Origin: a virus
Lineage: Duplodnaviria > Caudoviricetes
DNA length: 64,000 bases
IMG/VR virus record: IMGVR_UViG_3300028591_000098
Span: 99,396-163,395 of that record
Strand: one strand, 5' to 3'
Made by a program: the position numbers and the translations under genes. Of the stretch, positions 30,712 through 40,996 are shown one piece after another. Each line of letters begins with the position of its first letter. Positions within the stretch are counted from its first letter, which is position 1. The notes under the pieces are model-generated. The model did not search any database. It was not told the DNA's origin and saw only the letters and a list, made by a program, of their open reading frames with translations.

Positions 30712-32622
30712 ATGGGAATATTAAACAATATAACTCAAAATTTAGGATTTAATTTAGATAATAATCAAGAAGGATATTCACAACATAATTCATATGTGTT
30801 ATATCCTAAATATGATAGTGAAGAAATTTCAGAAAAACAAACTGATGAAATAAAAGAACAAGTTATACCTCCTTTAGCAATAAATGAAGAGTTTAAGCCT
30901 GTTAATCCAATAAACGATACAGATCCTATAGTTCGTCACGATCCAATTATTGATAAAAATAATATTGTGACAAAATATCAACCACAAAATTCTGAAGAAA
31001 ATCCTAATGGAATTAATGAAAGTGTTGAAATGACTTCTATTGATGGTATTCAATATCCTCTTATTAACATAAATAATATTAATATATCTCCAGAACAAAT
31101 AAAATATATGAATATTGATTATAGAGGATTGATACCTACAATAAATTTAATTATATATGATCCAAGAAATACATTAAAAAATATTAGTACGCCAAGTATT
31201 AATAATAGAATTACTGTTGTTATGTTACCAGAAGTTAATGGTGCATATAAGTCAATTTCAATAGATTTTTACATAACTGATTATAACGCTAATATATCGA
31301 ATATAATAACATATTCTGGTAAATTATTATGTTTACCATTAGAGCAAGAAATCACTGGACAAATAAAATATTCTGGTTGTAATAATTCCAGAAAAAAATC
31401 AAATATTTCTAGTGAAGTTAGTGATACATCTATGGTGTCATGTAATGTATCTCCTCAAAGTAGACCAAATACATGGGAATATCTTCATGAAATTGCGGCC
31501 GCCGCAGGATTGGGTTTTGCATCAACACATCACTGTAGAGAAATACAAGATAGATTACCACGTCTTTTAAGAAATAAAACATATTTAGAATTTATTGAAG
31601 ATCAATTATGTAAAAGTGGACTTGATGAAAATTCTTGTTTTGATGTATGGATTGACTTATATAGATATTTAGTAATGGTAAATGTATCATGGGTATTAAA
31701 TTCAGATATTAAATATAATCAATTAACTATTAAAGCAATAGTAGGTAAAAATGGAACTGATGCAAATTTAAATAAAGCCGAAAATAAAGAAGTATTTAGA
31801 ACATTAACATCTTATAATAAATTAAATGCTATAACTAATTTAGAATTTTTTGAAGATAATTTTAAAGAAATAGTTGATAATAATATTCATGATACAGGTA
31901 TTCATGTAGAATGTCCTGTAATGCAAATTAGAGGAGGTTCATGCGATAATACTGGTAATAATGGTACGATGAATATACAAAGTGTACAGGCACAAGAACA
32001 ATCTGTTGATGGTGCACCTCAAAATAATTATATGCATCAAACATCAAGATCAATGCCAGTTACAATTCAGGTTGATCCATATAACACAAATTATCAACAA
32101 CTTATACGTACTAAATTTTTCGAAATAAAACGTTCTAAATATTTTACATTAGAGTTAACCAGACCTAATTTTGGTTTACAAAGGGGTACTTTAATAAATG
32201 TATTAGTAACTACGGTAGATACTGTATTAAAACGTAAAATAATGACAAATGCATCTAATATTACTGGAGAAAATGCAAATAGTATAAAGGAAGATAATAT
32301 AGAATTACCAGAAGGAACAAATAAAAGGGATATAATAACTGATGAAAATACGGCTATCCCTAATATATCAAAAACTGGTATGTATTATATTGATGGTATG
32401 ACTTTTGAATATAAACAATCAGAAGGAAAAATTATTCAAACATTATATTTAATTAAGAAAGATTTGGTTAGTAATTTACAAAATATTACAACTGCTCCTA
32501 AATTTAATGAAAATGCATTTGGTACATTAACTGAAAATAATGAAAATACAGGGGATGTTTCAACTTCTGAAAATAATGAACAACCTAATAATACTCCTTA
32601 TTATGCACAATTATATAGATAG
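30712..32622 (+). CDS. putative baseplate hub/tail protein; ends at TAG (read-through would extend to 32634)
   Basis: Follows gp53-like gene; C-terminal PNFGLQRG...TGMYYIDG pattern. Confidence 0.5.
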   Translation: MGILNNITQNLGFNLDNNQEGYSQHNSYVLYPKYDSEEISEKQTDEIKEQVIPPLAINEEFKPVNPINDTDPIVRHDPIIDKNNIVTKYQPQNSEENPNGINESVEMTSIDGIQYPLININNINISPEQIKYMNIDYRGLIPTINLIIYDPRNTLKNISTPSINNRITVVMLPEVNGAYKSISIDFYITDYNANISNIITYSGKLLCLPLEQEITGQIKYSGCNNSRKKSNISSEVSDTSMVSCNVSPQSRPNTWEYLHEIAAAAGLGFASTHHCREIQDRLPRLLRNKTYLEFIEDQLCKSGLDENSCFDVWIDLYRYLVMVNVSWVLNSDIKYNQLTIKAIVGKNGTDANLNKAENKEVFRTLTSYNKLNAITNLEFFEDNFKEIVDNNIHDTGIHVECPVMQIRGGSCDNTGNNGTMNIQSVQAQEQSVDGAPQNNYMHQTSRSMPVTIQVDPYNTNYQQLIRTKFFEIKRSKYFTLELTRPNFGLQRGTLINVLVTTVDTVLKRKIMTNASNITGENANSIKEDNIELPEGTNKRDIITDENTAIPNISKTGMYYIDGMTFEYKQSEGKIIQTLYLIKKDLVSNLQNITTAPKFNENAFGTLTENNENTGDVSTSENNEQPNNTPYYAQLYR

Positions 32623-32630
32623 TTATTTAA

Positions 32631-33227
32631 ATGATTAAATATGTAAATAAAAAATATAACGATATGTTATATGATACAAAACCAGTAAAATTTTCCGATT
32701 TTATGAGCAATAAGTATAATATTGTTCATAAAAAATTATATGAAAATGCATTAAACAAATATATTAGTGAATGGATAAATGCAAAAAATACTGGAAAAAC
32801 AGAAAATATTGACGATAAAAAATATATTGATAAATTTAATGTTAAAAATATAAAGGAATTTAAAGAAAATTCATATATTTTGGAAATACCTGGTAATGAA
32901 TATTGGCAACCTTCTAAATGTTGCATAATCACAAAATTTATAAATAGTTCATCACCAAATTTAAGATGGACTGTTGATTTGACACCATATTGGAATAATT
33001 ATCAGACAAAGAAAAATAATAAAATCGAAAATTTAAAATTAAGTAATGAAAATATTGATGATTCAGAAATAATTAATCTTAATTATATAACAGGTAAAGC
33101 AACTTTATATTCAGAAAATGCAGATAAAGAATATGATGTAGATTTTGATTATTTGGATGGTAATACTAATAAGGTTAGTGAAAGTATGATGTTAAAAGAA
33201 ACATTTGGTTATAAAATAAATAATTAA
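32631..33227 (+). CDS. hypothetical protein
   Basis: ORF in structural block. Confidence 0.6.
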   Translation: MIKYVNKKYNDMLYDTKPVKFSDFMSNKYNIVHKKLYENALNKYISEWINAKNTGKTENIDDKKYIDKFNVKNIKEFKENSYILEIPGNEYWQPSKCCIITKFINSSSPNLRWTVDLTPYWNNYQTKKNNKIENLKLSNENIDDSEIINLNYITGKATLYSENADKEYDVDFDYLDGNTNKVSESMMLKETFGYKINN

Positions 33228-33232
33228 TAAGT

Positions 33233-34747
33233 ATGGGTTTTTTAAGTGATATTGGTGGTGGATTAATTAATGCAGGTAAAAGTTATATTGGAATGAATAC
33301 AGGTAATTTTGCTACTGATGTATTTAATCTTTATTCTAATTTAACTAAACGAGGATCACAAACATTTACAAATATATATTCAGAACCTAATATATATTCA
33401 CCAACAACAGTCAATCCTGATGATAGAAATAAAGGTTTTGCTAAAGCTAATAATATATCACGAGTAAATAATAATGATAGTAAAGTTAAAATATTAAGAA
33501 ACAATTTAACTTTTGATAATTTCAATGAGAATAATTATTCACTATCAATTCCAGATTATGGTTATGATATGTGGCTTAATGAAAGATATATGTTTCAAAG
33601 AGGATTAGGTAACTTCTTTGGTGAACCAGGATATTTTTATTATAGAATATTTTTTAATTTTAATACTGAACATGGATTATTTGGTGGTATAATGAATAGT
33701 TCTGATATGACAGCTACACATAATGGTGCATTTAAATATTTGTCTATTTTGAATTCTACTCAAAGATATGATTCATTACTTATAACACAACGAATGAAAT
33801 CATTAGAAAGATTTACTCGTACATTATCATATATTAGTACAAATGCCCCATGGTTTTTTAAAGCAGTAAAAGGATTAGATAAAGCAACAAATCCAATATT
33901 GGGAGATTTTAGTAAAGAAAAATCTATAGAAATAGAATGTAATGTTGATGCTATAGATATGCGTTTGTCTAATTTAATGGATTTATATAAGTTTGCTGTA
34001 TATGATGATATGTTTAAACGTGAAGTATTACCGGAAAATATGAGACAATTTGATATGGCAATTATGATATTTCCTTCACCTATAAACAAACTACATATGC
34101 CTATTGCAGATATTAATAAAACAGTTCCATTTGCATCAACACAAGAAGGTAATTTCATGTCATTTAAATTATTTGAATTTATTGATTGTGAAATAGATCC
34201 TCAAACAATAGGTGTTATGGTGCCTGGAGATATTAATAATGAAGAACCATTTCAATTAGGTAAAGGTAGTATTAAAATAAATTATAGACAATGTTATCAA
34301 CACACAAGTAATGAATTCGATAAAATAATGTGGGGTTCTGATGGAATATTTTATGAATATTCTAATGAAAGTAGTAAGATGTTATATGGAACAGAAAATC
34401 GTATTCCTTCTATGAAATCTACTTCTAAATCAGTGATTAATCATTTTGGTAATCTATTACTTGATTATGCAAAAGATAATGTAAATAAATTTGTAAATAA
34501 AAACTTAGGAAAATTATTAGGAAATACTTGGAAGAATTTAACATCATTAGGATATCTTACTGGATATGATGAATATGGACCTGGATCAAAAAATTGGCAA
34601 GATAAAGTAAATAGATTATCGTCAAAATATATACACACATTTACAACCCCACCTACAACAAATAATATAAATACTAACGTACCAAATACAGTCAATAATT
34701 TATTTAATAATTTGACAAGATTTATGATGACAAAGAGGAATAACTAA
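33233..34747 (+). CDS. putative tail/baseplate protein
   Basis: Context only. Confidence 0.45.
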   Translation: MGFLSDIGGGLINAGKSYIGMNTGNFATDVFNLYSNLTKRGSQTFTNIYSEPNIYSPTTVNPDDRNKGFAKANNISRVNNNDSKVKILRNNLTFDNFNENNYSLSIPDYGYDMWLNERYMFQRGLGNFFGEPGYFYYRIFFNFNTEHGLFGGIMNSSDMTATHNGAFKYLSILNSTQRYDSLLITQRMKSLERFTRTLSYISTNAPWFFKAVKGLDKATNPILGDFSKEKSIEIECNVDAIDMRLSNLMDLYKFAVYDDMFKREVLPENMRQFDMAIMIFPSPINKLHMPIADINKTVPFASTQEGNFMSFKLFEFIDCEIDPQTIGVMVPGDINNEEPFQLGKGSIKINYRQCYQHTSNEFDKIMWGSDGIFYEYSNESSKMLYGTENRIPSMKSTSKSVINHFGNLLLDYAKDNVNKFVNKNLGKLLGNTWKNLTSLGYLTGYDEYGPGSKNWQDKVNRLSSKYIHTFTTPPTTNNINTNVPNTVNNLFNNLTRFMMTKRNN

Positions 34748-34762
34748 TTATTCCTCTTTTTA
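34733..34762. terminator. bidirectional terminator
   Basis: aagaggaataa/ttattcctctt between convergent genes. Confidence 0.75.
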
Positions 34763-34785
34763 TTTTACAATTATTATGTCACGTT

Positions 34786-36000
34786 TTATGTTCCTTCTGT
34801 TACTTCTGAATCACTTGTTTCTCCTGAAATATTTTCTTCATTATACATATTTTGCATAATTAGGAAACATAAACCTTCATTATCACAATAATAAATATTT
34901 ATACCTGTATATATATCTGATTCTCCTGTTGTTTGATTTTTTTGTGAGTTTTTAAATTTATATTTATAAAATATTAATGAATTACTGCATTTACTAATAT
35001 TAGATGTATATGTATTATCAGTGTTTTTCATTAATCGCGTTAGAATTGCTTCATTTATACTATTTTTTATACTTTTTATATCATTAAATGATACTGGTTT
35101 ATCAAATGGTGATATATCATCATATATAGTATTAATCTTAGTTATTGTAAAATTTTTATTTTCTAAAAATTTTTCATATAAAATTTCAGATAAATTTTCG
35201 TAATTAATATTTTCACTATTATTTTTCTGAACATTATTTCTGGTTCTATAATATACTGGTCTAATAGAATATGCACGCCAACGAATATCTGATGATAAAT
35301 CTGAATTAATATCCCAACCCAATATTCTCTCATTATTTTTAGTATCATATTCAGAAAATGCCAAATTACTTGCAAAAATATAATCTCTAGTATCAATATA
35401 TGTGGACCAATATGAACCAGTAATTTGGTTATAATCACCAGTTTTAACTTTATATTTTAATTTAAAATCTACTGAAAAATCAGGATTTTTTTTAATTTCA
35501 TTAATATATTCTTCTTGTAATAGTGTACCAATATAATCTTCGGTAATAAAACCTGCGGCCGGTAAAAATATTGAATTTCCATTTGTATTTGATGTAATTA
35601 ACAAACCTGAAGCATCGGTTTTGTCATACTTATTTTTCCATTGTATATCAACATACCTATTATCAAATAACTCTTTAAATTGTAGTTCGGTGGGCATTTG
35701 CCATTTTGTACCCAAAAGATGTGTAACAGTATCATATTCACCACCAGGCACAATATCTCTCGTTAATTTAGCTCCAGGTACATTATTATATCGTTTGTAA
35801 CTAAGATCATAAACATTATTATTACCGTTTTTATAATAATTAGCATTTTCATATATATTTTCTATACCACCCCATTGATAATAGCCACCATCTTCATATT
35901 TATTGTTTGCACCTAAATTTCTATCACACCAAAGAGTACCTGATGGAAGGCCTAAATCAACATATTTATAATTGGTACTAACATAGTTTTTATTATCCAT
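34786..36000 (-). CDS. VDLGLPSGTLW-type (Fib_succ_major/C-type-lectin-like) domain protein
   Basis: YVDLGLPSGTLWCDRNLGA, WQMPT, IFLPAAG, YWS, RWRAYSIRPV. Confidence 0.7.
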   Translation of the reverse strand: MDNKNYVSTNYKYVDLGLPSGTLWCDRNLGANNKYEDGGYYQWGGIENIYENANYYKNGNNNVYDLSYKRYNNVPGAKLTRDIVPGGEYDTVTHLLGTKWQMPTELQFKELFDNRYVDIQWKNKYDKTDASGLLITSNTNGNSIFLPAAGFITEDYIGTLLQEEYINEIKKNPDFSVDFKLKYKVKTGDYNQITGSYWSTYIDTRDYIFASNLAFSEYDTKNNERILGWDINSDLSSDIRWRAYSIRPVYYRTRNNVQKNNSENINYENLSEILYEKFLENKNFTITKINTIYDDISPFDKPVSFNDIKSIKNSINEAILTRLMKNTDNTYTSNISKCSNSLIFYKYKFKNSQKNQTTGESDIYTGINIYYCDNEGLCFLIMQNMYNEENISGETSDSEVTEGT

Positions 36001-36005
36001 ATTTT

Positions 36006-36833
36006 TTATATATTATGTGTATATTTTTCATTATCTTGTAAATAAGCATCCGGATCATTTGGACTAATATCGTACATTTTAACTGATCCTTTAAATTGTG
36101 AAATTATTTGTGTATTTGCAATTTCTGATTCAATATTTATTATAGGATAATTAGAACAAATTTTAACATTTAAGTTAATATTTTTTTGATTAACCTCAGG
36201 ACTACTCATATCAATTTTATTTATTTCAGGATTTGTATTACCAGGAAATTCAATAGAACATTCAATAACTTGTCCTAAATATGTTATATTGAAATATTTT
36301 TGAAACACTATTTTATCTAATAATTCCTGAAGCAAAATTATTTGTTCATTAAAATTACTGAGAACATATTTTAAATTAATAGATAATTCAATAGGTAGTC
36401 TATGAATTTCTGCATTAAAACCTTTTATGTCATTTCCTGAACGTCTTTCATAATTACCTCTAACAAATGGTTGAGTTAATTCCTCCATAGGTATATTTAT
36501 ATCTTCTATTTCAATAAGACATCTTGGCATATGCATATACATTTGATCTTCTCCAGTTGTTTCACACCATTTAAATTTATATCCATTTTTTTCTACATAC
36601 ATATAAGAGGAACCTGTATTAAATATGAAATGATTAATAGGTTTTCCATATAATACAATATTTCTGTTTAACCAAGATATTAATCCTTTTATTAATATAG
36701 AAAAGAAACGTTCATCACGATTATAAAGATCATCAAATTGTTCAGTATCCCAAGGACGAATCCATTTTTCAATATCTCTATTTACTACATTATTTACATG
36801 AGTATAAAATGTTTCGTTTGTTTGATCACTCAC
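36006..36833 (-). CDS. T4 gp15-like tail terminator/sheath stabiliser (start probably GTG)
   Basis: MPRCLIEI, RLPIELSINL pattern; late motif just upstream of the GTG. Confidence 0.5.
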   Translation of the reverse strand: MSDQTNETFYTHVNNVVNRDIEKWIRPWDTEQFDDLYNRDERFFSILIKGLISWLNRNIVLYGKPINHFIFNTGSSYMYVEKNGYKFKWCETTGEDQMYMHMPRCLIEIEDINIPMEELTQPFVRGNYERRSGNDIKGFNAEIHRLPIELSINLKYVLSNFNEQIILLQELLDKIVFQKYFNITYLGQVIECSIEFPGNTNPEINKIDMSSPEVNQKNINLNVKICSNYPIINIESEIANTQIISQFKGSVKMYDISPNDPDAYLQDNEKYTHNI

Positions 36834-36886
36834 TGCTAAATTTACTATTTTAATTAAAAATAAATTTAATTTTATAATTAACACAT

Positions 36887-37264
36887 ATGAAAATAATTAA
36901 TATTACAGATATAGAAGATTTAATATCTACTAAAATAGAAATTGATAAAATACTATTAGAACATAAAGATATTGATAAAAAAATGTCTATTCAAGAATAT
37001 ATGGATAAATATTGTACATTAAATAAATATGCGTATAATTGTTGCGGAGATGTCATTCCATTTGCATATTATAATGTATACGGAAATGAATATTTATTTA
37101 TAACAGAAGAATCTGATAATATTGATGAATTAATTAACAAACTTAAAGAAATAAAGTTTGATTATACCAAACTTAAACAAATATCTCATTCGGATATTAT
37201 AGGAAAATATGAAGAATATGAAAAAGCTAAATATTTTATTATAAATGGCAAATATTTTGAGTAA
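36887..37264 (+). CDS. hypothetical protein
   Basis: ORF. Confidence 0.6.
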   Translation: MKIINITDIEDLISTKIEIDKILLEHKDIDKKMSIQEYMDKYCTLNKYAYNCCGDVIPFAYYNVYGNEYLFITEESDNIDELINKLKEIKFDYTKLKQISHSDIIGKYEEYEKAKYFIINGKYFE

Positions 37265-37272
37265 TATTTAAA

Positions 37273-37352
37273 ACAAGACACACGATGACACTTTATATTT
37301 AGTTATATATATCTTTATAATCCAATATAATAAGTGTCACCGTGTGTCTTGT
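37273..37352. repeat. 21-bp inverted repeat with ~38-nt loop
   Basis: acaagacacacgatgacactt / aagtgtcaccgtgtgtcttgt (one mismatch). Confidence 0.9.
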
Positions 37353-37374
37353 ATTAATCGAGATAACAGTTTAA

Positions 37375-37779
37375 TTATTCAGCTTCATCTTTATCTTTAT
37401 CTGTTTCTCCTTTTTTATCATCATTTTCATCTTCAGGATTAGCAATTTTATCTAATGTTTCATTAAATTCTGCTAATTTTTCTGCAAATTTCTTTGTCTT
37501 TTGTGCATATTGTTCATCAGATGATCTTTTAACTGAACTACGTATAGTATCAGTATATTTTTGAAGAATATCTTGTACTGTATCTAATTTATCAACATTA
37601 TCCTGGGTAATAGTCACAGTAAGTTTATTATCTTCAATTTCACAACCTTCTTGGTCTTTAAGTGAATCTAATGTTTCTTTAGCATTTTCCAAATCACTAA
37701 AATCAAATGTTATTGATTTTGATTCTTCAGACTCATTTAAATTAATTGATTCATTAATATAATCTTCTAAATGTTTCAT
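37375..37779 (-). CDS. possible internal head protein
   Basis: MKHLEDYINES N-terminus, acidic. Confidence 0.5.
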   Translation of the reverse strand: MKHLEDYINESINLNESEESKSITFDFSDLENAKETLDSLKDQEGCEIEDNKLTVTITQDNVDKLDTVQDILQKYTDTIRSSVKRSSDEQYAQKTKKFAEKLAEFNETLDKIANPEDENDDKKGETDKDKDEAE

Positions 37780-37810
37780 TTTTATTTAACTATTTATTTA
37801 TTTGTTTAAA

Positions 37811-38038
37811 TTAATATATTTTATTTTTATGTTTATTTTTTCTTGTGTATTTAGTTCTATCTCTAAATGTTCTATTATATGAGATAGGTTTACCATGAGC
37901 TTCTATTTCTTCTTCTCTTGAACCTCTTTTATATGCTTTCATAGCATCTTTATTAATATCCTTTTTTGATCTAATAACTGTTTCATAGATACCATTTTCA
38001 TCCATATATTCATCAAGATAATTAGCAATATTCTTCAT
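37811..38038 (-). CDS. small basic protein
   Basis: MKNIANYLDEY; K/R-rich C-terminus. Confidence 0.55.
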   Translation of the reverse strand: MKNIANYLDEYMDENGIYETVIRSKKDINKDAMKAYKRGSREEEIEAHGKPISYNRTFRDRTKYTRKNKHKNKIY

Positions 38039-38058
38039 AGTTGTATCAAATTATTTTG

Positions 38059-38244
38059 TTAAAATTTAAGTTTATTTCCACATGTTGGACAAGTGGCTTC
38101 ATAAATATAAAGTTTAGGATTATCTGTCAAAACTTTAAAATCTCCATCCTTAACTGTTCCTGAAAATTTACAACCACAATATTGGCATTCAGCAACCATT
38201 TCTCTTTCATTCCATTTTGAATTACCTTCTTCTATTATTTTCAT
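38059..38244 (-). CDS. zinc-ribbon protein
   Basis: CQYCGC...CPTCG. Confidence 0.7.
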   Translation of the reverse strand: MKIIEEGNSKWNEREMVAECQYCGCKFSGTVKDGDFKVLTDNPKLYIYEATCPTCGNKLKF

Positions 38245-38246
38245 AA

Positions 38247-39227
38247 TTAAAATTGTAGTTTTGGAAATATTTTACCAAAACGTTCACCATATATTTTTAT
38301 TTTATTTATATTTTCTTCTATTTCACAATTTTTAATATATGTCAATACCTTTTGAAAATCATCAAGTATTTTATATACTTCACTATTTTCGGTATTGATT
38401 TCTTCGCAATAACAATGATTATTAGAAGATTTATCAACATCTAAATTAATATTTAATTTCTTTAAATCTTCTATCAAATCATATAATGAATCTATTAAAG
38501 TTACATTTGGATCATTATCAATAAACATAAAATTGTTATAGAAATCTAAATCTTTAAACATTTGTACTAAATACATATACATTGACTCTGTATATGCAGT
38601 CACGCAATCACTAGTTGTTATAATACCTGATGCATTTGTTGTTGTAGTATTTATATCTGTAACCGCCTGATTACAACCACATGTAGTATAAGAAGAATTA
38701 TCAACATAATCTAATGAAACACCCTTTAATATCAATTTAAGATTAATTAATGTTTCATCAATTTGTCCATTCTTATAGAACTCTATAACCTTTTGATATA
38801 TTTGTGTCTTTAATAATTCTGTGTTTTGTACATTTGCATTAGATAAAATATTCATAAATGTTTGATAAAAATTAAGAATTTCATTTTCTTCAATATTTTT
38901 ATCTTTTAACTCATTTATTGTTGCATAATATATATAATTTGTTGATTGAACAATTTCAGATGAAATATTATTTTGATTTGTTCTAAAAAACAATTCATTA
39001 TTTTCATCATAATTATTTATAGATTCTTCAATATTAATTTCAGAATTTTCATCGAATAAATTAGTATTTAATTTTATATATACACCATTTGAAAAATATT
39101 TATTAATATAATTTTCTTCTACTATATTATTTTCTACAAATGGAATATACACAAAATATTTATTTTCAAAATCTTCTATTTTATATATATCAGCATTTAT
39201 TTTATTTAAAAATTCTATATTATTCAT
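38247..39227 (-). CDS. hypothetical protein
   Basis: 326-aa ORF. Confidence 0.6.
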   Translation of the reverse strand: MNNIEFLNKINADIYKIEDFENKYFVYIPFVENNIVEENYINKYFSNGVYIKLNTNLFDENSEINIEESINNYDENNELFFRTNQNNISSEIVQSTNYIYYATINELKDKNIEENEILNFYQTFMNILSNANVQNTELLKTQIYQKVIEFYKNGQIDETLINLKLILKGVSLDYVDNSSYTTCGCNQAVTDINTTTTNASGIITTSDCVTAYTESMYMYLVQMFKDLDFYNNFMFIDNDPNVTLIDSLYDLIEDLKKLNINLDVDKSSNNHCYCEEINTENSEVYKILDDFQKVLTYIKNCEIEENINKIKIYGERFGKIFPKLQF

Positions 39228-39242
39228 TATTATCTTTATTTT

Positions 39243-39845
39243 TTAATTTTTTCCATTAATTGCATTTTTAATTATATCTATACATTCTTTATCATAATAA
39301 TATCCATCTATTTTAGGCAATATAATTTCTATTATATTATCATTATTAGATTGCTTCGCAATAATTTCTTTTATATTATTTATTATAGTAGTTTTAATAT
39401 TGTCACCAAATATTATTACATTTGTATTTTTTGGATCTAAATTTTTATTAACATAATTATTGTAATTTGTTTTTAAATTTTTAAAATAATTATCAATAGT
39501 TTGATCTTTAAATATGTTTTTTCCTGATAATTCTTCATTTGAATTTATTGGAATTGAATCTTTATTTGAATTTATTGGAATATAATTAGGATCAATTAAT
39601 ATATAATAAAGATTATATGTAAATGAGTTATATGAGTTATTTTCTGTATTAGTTTTGGGCCATTTATAAATATCTTCAATATTATATGTTAATTCTTTTA
39701 TAAAACTATTAACATCATCAGATATAGTATTTTTAATATCTACAATAATATTATTTAAATCTTTAGAATACCAACAATATGAATAAGATAATATATTTCC
39801 ATTATTCATATCAGTTAATATATTTGATCCATTATTTTCTAACAT
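39243..39845 (-). CDS. hypothetical protein
   Basis: 200-aa ORF. Confidence 0.55.
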   Translation of the reverse strand: MLENNGSNILTDMNNGNILSYSYCWYSKDLNNIIVDIKNTISDDVNSFIKELTYNIEDIYKWPKTNTENNSYNSFTYNLYYILIDPNYIPINSNKDSIPINSNEELSGKNIFKDQTIDNYFKNLKTNYNNYVNKNLDPKNTNVIIFGDNIKTTIINNIKEIIAKQSNNDNIIEIILPKIDGYYYDKECIDIIKNAINGKN

Positions 39846-39915
39846 TAAATATTGTCTAAAATTATTATTTATTAAAAATAAATAAAAAAATAAAAGGAGT
39901 GATAAGCACTCCTTT

Positions 39916-40482
39916 TTAAATTGTTATTTTATCAACTTGTATATTATTTTGCTTTAAAAAATCTATTCCAGTAGAATCTCTATATTCTTCACAATAACAA
40001 ACTCTTTTTATTCCTGCCTGAATAATTATTTTTGAACACTCAAAACAAGGACTTAAAGTTACATAAAGTGTTGCTTCTTCTGTTGAACTAATCCATTTTG
40101 CACATTTAGCAATAGCATTAGATTCGGCATGAAGTACTTCTCGTTTTGTTGTAAGTGTTAAATATTGACATGGAAATCCTTTTTTATCATCAGCATGTCC
40201 TAATGGTTTTTGTACATTAGAACAAAATTCAACATTTATTTGTTCTTTAATAGGTTTTTCTGTATAAGCACATCCTTTATGATATTTACAACTACATTGT
40301 GGGTCTTCACAACAATTATCATATCCCGTAGGTGTACCATTAAAACCTTGTGAAATAACCTGTCCATTTTTTGAAACAATAACACAACCTACTTTGTTTC
40401 GATTAGCATAACTTAATTCTCCAATTGCCTTGGCCATTTTCATATATGCTTCATCATATTGTCTCTGTCTTTCTTTATTCAT
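39916..40482 (-). CDS. dCMP deaminase
   Basis: GFNGTP, HAESNAI, SPCFEC. Confidence 0.92.
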   Translation of the reverse strand: MNKERQRQYDEAYMKMAKAIGELSYANRNKVGCVIVSKNGQVISQGFNGTPTGYDNCCEDPQCSCKYHKGCAYTEKPIKEQINVEFCSNVQKPLGHADDKKGFPCQYLTLTTKREVLHAESNAIAKCAKWISSTEEATLYVTLSPCFECSKIIIQAGIKRVCYCEEYRDSTGIDFLKQNNIQVDKITI

Positions 40483-40945
40483 TATCTTTAATATTATTTA
40501 TGATATGATACATTTCTAATTTTTCATTAATTTTATTGATACATTCACGATATGTACTTATAACATCTTGATATTCATTATGTTTATATGAATATTTCAT
40601 TTCATTTAAATATCCTCTTACTATAAGAAATATATCATTATAAATATATCTTAATCCATTGTTATAACCACCATTATATGTACGAGTTCCATCATCATGA
40701 TATTCAACATCAAATCCATAATGTATTAAATCAATAGTTTTTTGAATATAATCTTTACGTTGATTAATTGGTAAAAACCGCCAATTATTTTGTAATATTC
40801 TTTCTACTGATGTTATATCATTAGCACGATCTTCCCATTCTTTACGAAGATTTTTGATTTCTTTAATATATTTTTTAGCTGCTATTTTTTCTGCATATAT
40901 TTTAATATATGCATCTTTAAATGCTTTAAATAGTTCAATTATCAT
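40475..40945 (-). CDS. hypothetical protein
   Basis: ORF. Confidence 0.6.
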   Translation of the reverse strand: MIIELFKAFKDAYIKIYAEKIAAKKYIKEIKNLRKEWEDRANDITSVERILQNNWRFLPINQRKDYIQKTIDLIHYGFDVEYHDDGTRTYNGGYNNGLRYIYNDIFLIVRGYLNEMKYSYKHNEYQDVISTYRECINKINEKLEMYHIINNIKDNE

Positions 40946-40996
40946 TGTTTCCTAATTTGTTTAATATATAATGTTACAAATACAAAATTAATCATA

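Noticed and set aside
21594-36000. Complete diversity-generating retroelement or invertase shufflon
   Set aside because: No reverse transcriptase, template repeat, recombinase or inverted crossover sites seen in the window.
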